DNA of 64,000 bases. Source: Glycera tridactyla. Its lineage: Eukaryota. Each line of letters opens with the position of its first letter. Position 1 is the stretch's first letter. The notes beneath the pieces were generated by a model. The model searched no databases. It saw only the letters and a program-made list of their open reading frames with translations, and was not told the DNA's origin. Below, in pieces: positions 60,601 through 64,000 of the stretch. The DNA is taken from NCBI GenBank assembly GCA_965644265.1, contig OZ286468.1, forward strand, positions 66,774,001-66,838,000, written 5' to 3'. Position numbers and translations under genes: made by a program.

Positions 60601-60770
60601 ATACCACTCTCTAAAATGGAAAGTAATTGCTTACGAAAGGTGGTTGCTCAATACAGGTGAATTATAGTGAAATTCTCCTGGTGGAATATCAGAGAGTGGT
60701 TGTTTAGCCACCCGCGGGAAGTGAAAAATGGTTGCTGATTACAGTTGTTGCCTGCTGCAGGTTTCCACTG
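60601..60770. mobile_element. Partial MITE resembling the 29527 element
   Basis: Internal GGTGGTTGCT..ATACAGGTG and a right end GCAGGTTTCCACTG; the left terminus was not recognised. Confidence 0.3.
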
Positions 60771-61392
60771 GACAAGGTGATGAAAACTGTATAACTTATC
60801 TGTGCGGTCGTCTGTATGTCTTGGAAAAGTACTCACCTGAAAAGAAAAAAAAATGAATGAAAAACAACGTTTGATTCATTACACTGACTTACTAGTGTCG
60901 ACATCTTGATGTAATGACCCCGCCGTCTCGGTAGATATCATCATTGTCGACTTCCTTCATATCTCCGTCGTCAGCGTCGCTGTCGAAACTACTGCTGCTT
61001 ACCCATAACCTAAGAGTTCGATAGTTTATCATTCAAGAGTAATAGTAAAGTTAGTGTGATAGATCTGCGTCATTGCCGGACAGCAGGTATAGTATACAAC
61101 GGCTGAATAGTATCATTACAGACACGTCTATCATCGTCTATATATAAGCAACAAGAAATACCCCTACCAGGCATCACCGAGGCTCATACTGGTCAAAAAC
61201 TCTTGATCCTTTTATTCATACCATATCATTTCTCACTTATTCTTCGAAGCATTTATACAGAAGTGCATCGCCACGTGAAGATACAATCCAACCAGTGGCC
61301 ATCATTCTTGCATCCCATGAGCGATAAATGTATTCTAACTTGACTACAGAGTTCATCCAGATTTGGCGTGACAAAATTATAAAACCGTGTGT

Positions 61393-61517
61393 ACAATTCA
61401 GGACTGTGCGAACACATCCCCACTCACACTCAGTGATGTGTAGCCACCTTTAAGACAAGAGATAACAATTCAGGACTGTGCGAACACATCCCCACTCACA
61501 CTCAGTGATGTGTAGCC
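61393..61517 (+). repeat. 53-bp direct duplication with a 19-bp filler copied from 62664-62688
   Basis: Identical 53-mers at 61393-61445 and 61465-61517. GCCACCTTTAAGACAAGAGATAACA occurs at both 61443 and 62664. Confidence 0.9.
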
Positions 61518-61899
61518 GGCTTTCTGGCCTGGTCCCACTGCAATCTCCGCAACCATCACAACGCCAACCAACATGGTCCACATTGCTTATTTAGGATATA
61601 ATTCGTGTGCATGGCCACTTTGATATGTTCTGTTCTTTGAGCAGGAGTACACAAGGGTCCAGGCTAGAATCATGCATCCAACACCTGTTTATTATCTCCG
61701 GATGTCGTCAATGAATATTGAATGGCCACTGCGGTTTAGGAGGATCACTTACGATGTACATAGATAGTGTTAGAATCGAGCCTTTGCCACCCTCGCGTCT
61801 TAGTGGATAGGATCCTTGATGGCGTCGTCAGGCAGGCTGCAAGGTGATCAATGCACAGCTGGAATTGATGCCGACCATAACTTGATGACCACTATATTC

Positions 61900-62165
61900 G
61901 TGGTGGTGATGGTCGTCGTATCGGCTGCGATGCTATTGGCTTATTGATAATGTTGATGTTGACTTTGATGTTGTTTTTGTTGATGGTGGTACTAGTGGCC
62001 ATGGTGTTCATGGTGGTATTTGTGGTGGTGATGGTGGAGGGGGTGGTGGTGGTGGTGGTGGTGGTGATTGTATCGGGGTGGTGTTCATGGCAGTAGTAGT
62101 GACCTTGGTAACGGATGTGGTTTGTGGTGGTGGAAGTGCTGATGCTTTTGCTGGTGGTGGTGATG
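61900..62165. repeat. (GGT/GAT)-rich low-complexity tract
   Basis: Direct read of the sequence. Confidence 0.8.
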
Positions 62166-64000
62166 GAAAGTACCCAGGCAGAATTGAAAATAATATTGTA
62201 TGATCATAGTAGAAGTGATGGATAAGATAATCAAGTGAGTCATTAGTGGTAAATCGTATCAAAGTGGAGTCAGGGAAGGGTAGCTTAGAGAGAGGATGTA
62301 CGATGTATGTACTATTTCACTTGTGATGAAATAGTGGTTTTTATTGAGTTATTGATTTGTGACGACTAGAGAAGGTGTTTATAGTCATGACTCGTTTGAG
62401 CTAAAGAAAGATACGTGTGAAATTTGGGCGAATAGAATCCAAAGCAGGAAGTCAGCCTATGTGTCCGTCATTCGTTGCATGCATACATCCATCTAGGCTT
62501 TAGGTTGGATACGAAAAATACTCCCGTATGGGTGCGCTACCTGAGGAATCTGTTTTCATAAGCTGCTGGGCAACCTTCGAGGATTTGTGATAGCTCCTGC
62601 TTAACATCTGAGAGTTCCGGATGCTTGCAATGCTTCTATATCCGACCTCTGCGAGCTAGAAGCGCCACCTTTAAGACAAGAGATAACATCAGGCATCACC
62701 CCCCCCCCCCCCCCATCATCAAATTATGCCTGGGAACCCTCCATTCTAACCTTCCTCTGTTGCGAAGCATTGGGAACCTAGTACTGGATTTTTCATCGAA
62801 TGCTTAGACAAAACATTTCTAAATTTTAAGTCATTATGTGTAATGCCATGGGTCTGAATCAGGTGCCTGTGGTCTGTGAACATATGCATTCTGAAGCAAT
62901 GTCTTGTGATCAAAGTATAGGGCTCTCAACATCAACACCACCACCCCCACATTCCGAAGCAAAATGAACACTCGCAGTTTCTGCTCTAGTCTCGGTAATT
63001 GTTCTGAATTCACTGGATATCTAGCCCTCAAACTAGAACCTGCAACTCAAATATACATCGATAATAGTGAGTCATGCCCATTTCGTCTGGACTCCTTCGA
63101 ATTACCAGATCTTCGAGAATGAACTAAATCTCTTAGCAATGAAGAAACGGACTCTGTAATCGTGAGGCTTTTTCTTTTTTTTTCAATTCATGAATTGCAC
63201 GAACACAATGTTCATCCCATTGTTCCTGAGTCCAGGAACTACACACTTTTCAAATCTTGGCCTTTCTCACATGGTCCACATGATGAACATATAGGATGGG
63301 CGCCCTCAGAAGGTCCCGGCAGCCGGTACAACTGACAGACACTCGACATGTCATTGTGACATTCGAGGGTTAAAGTGGATGGCTGGGTAACAAGCGATTA
63401 TAGTCGGATGACAGGTCGATATGATAGCCGTCCTATAGGTAGGCGTGTCCTGAATCTAACAGAACGGCTGTTATATGCTCTACATCTTCACAGACGAGAA
63501 GAATTCTAAGCATGCTGACAAGACATAGGAGGCCACCATACCATATACGCTGAGTTTCCAATGTCTTTAGAGCAATTTCTGAACTTTGTCACCTCTATAT
63601 GCTCAGTATTACTCACACCAGCTGCAATGCAGCAACGCATACATTTTGACCTCGGTATACTTGAGTCCAGTGCAATCGGGTCCTTGTGTTGAAGGTTATA
63701 GTAGCCAACATATATTGCAAACGAATCAAAGGGCTACACTGAGTGTGTTTCGTGCACCAAGGCCGAGAAATGGCTGGCGGCAGATCGTATGTATGTACAC
63801 CTGAATCCTCTGAGTGTTACTGACACCACACAATCTCATTTAATAGTATCGCTCGGCCAGAGGTCGGCTCGTCCTGCGCCCGATGCTTCTGCTCGGATTA
63901 TCTTGGATGAATGATTTGGAAAACAGACAGATGAAACAGACAGACAGTTAGGCAGACGGAAAGACGTACGGACAGGCAGACAGAGAGAAAAACAGACGGA

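Noticed and set aside
61500-61700. ZZ zinc finger or tetraspanin-like snippets (WRCDGCGDC; VAEIAVG)
   Set aside because: Short matches in different frames with no supporting flanking sequence.
63500-63800. Trypsin-like fragment on the minus strand (SAASHF, FAIYVGYYNL)
   Set aside because: No intact TAAHC, DIAL or GDSGG motifs; the resemblance is too slight.
1-64000. Prokaryotic, phage or defence-island interpretation
   Set aside because: Very low coding density, LINEs, SINEs, microsatellites and splice-site-like signals indicate an animal genome; no operons, rRNA or cas genes were seen.

Overview
Eukaryotic, repeat-rich, roughly 40% GC DNA from a bilaterian invertebrate (lophotrochozoan-like; taxon is inferred from repeat and gene-fragment style, not proven). 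I see no intact host gene. Positions 1371-19623 are a nearly 3-copy tandem array of a ~6.2 kb unit, >99% identical by eye. Each unit carries what reads as a decayed NACHT-LRR (NLR) pseudogene, and the middle copy is a recombinant of the two outer ones. The rest holds a ~3.3 kb degenerate foldback (long inverted repeat) element, a deletion-riddled CR1 LINE with an L2-group LINE nested in it, and a ~7.2 kb L2-group LINE with a long open ORF1 and an unexplained inter-ORF region. It also contains an Academ-like transposase remnant, MITEs, SINE pieces, microsatellites and five N-runs. Two patterns recur: short insertions copied from nearby sequence with microhomology junctions, and scattered decayed fragments of unrelated host genes (GPCRs, carboxylesterase, Cys-loop channel, Kir channel). 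All family assignments come from manual translation and motif recall; no database search was run.
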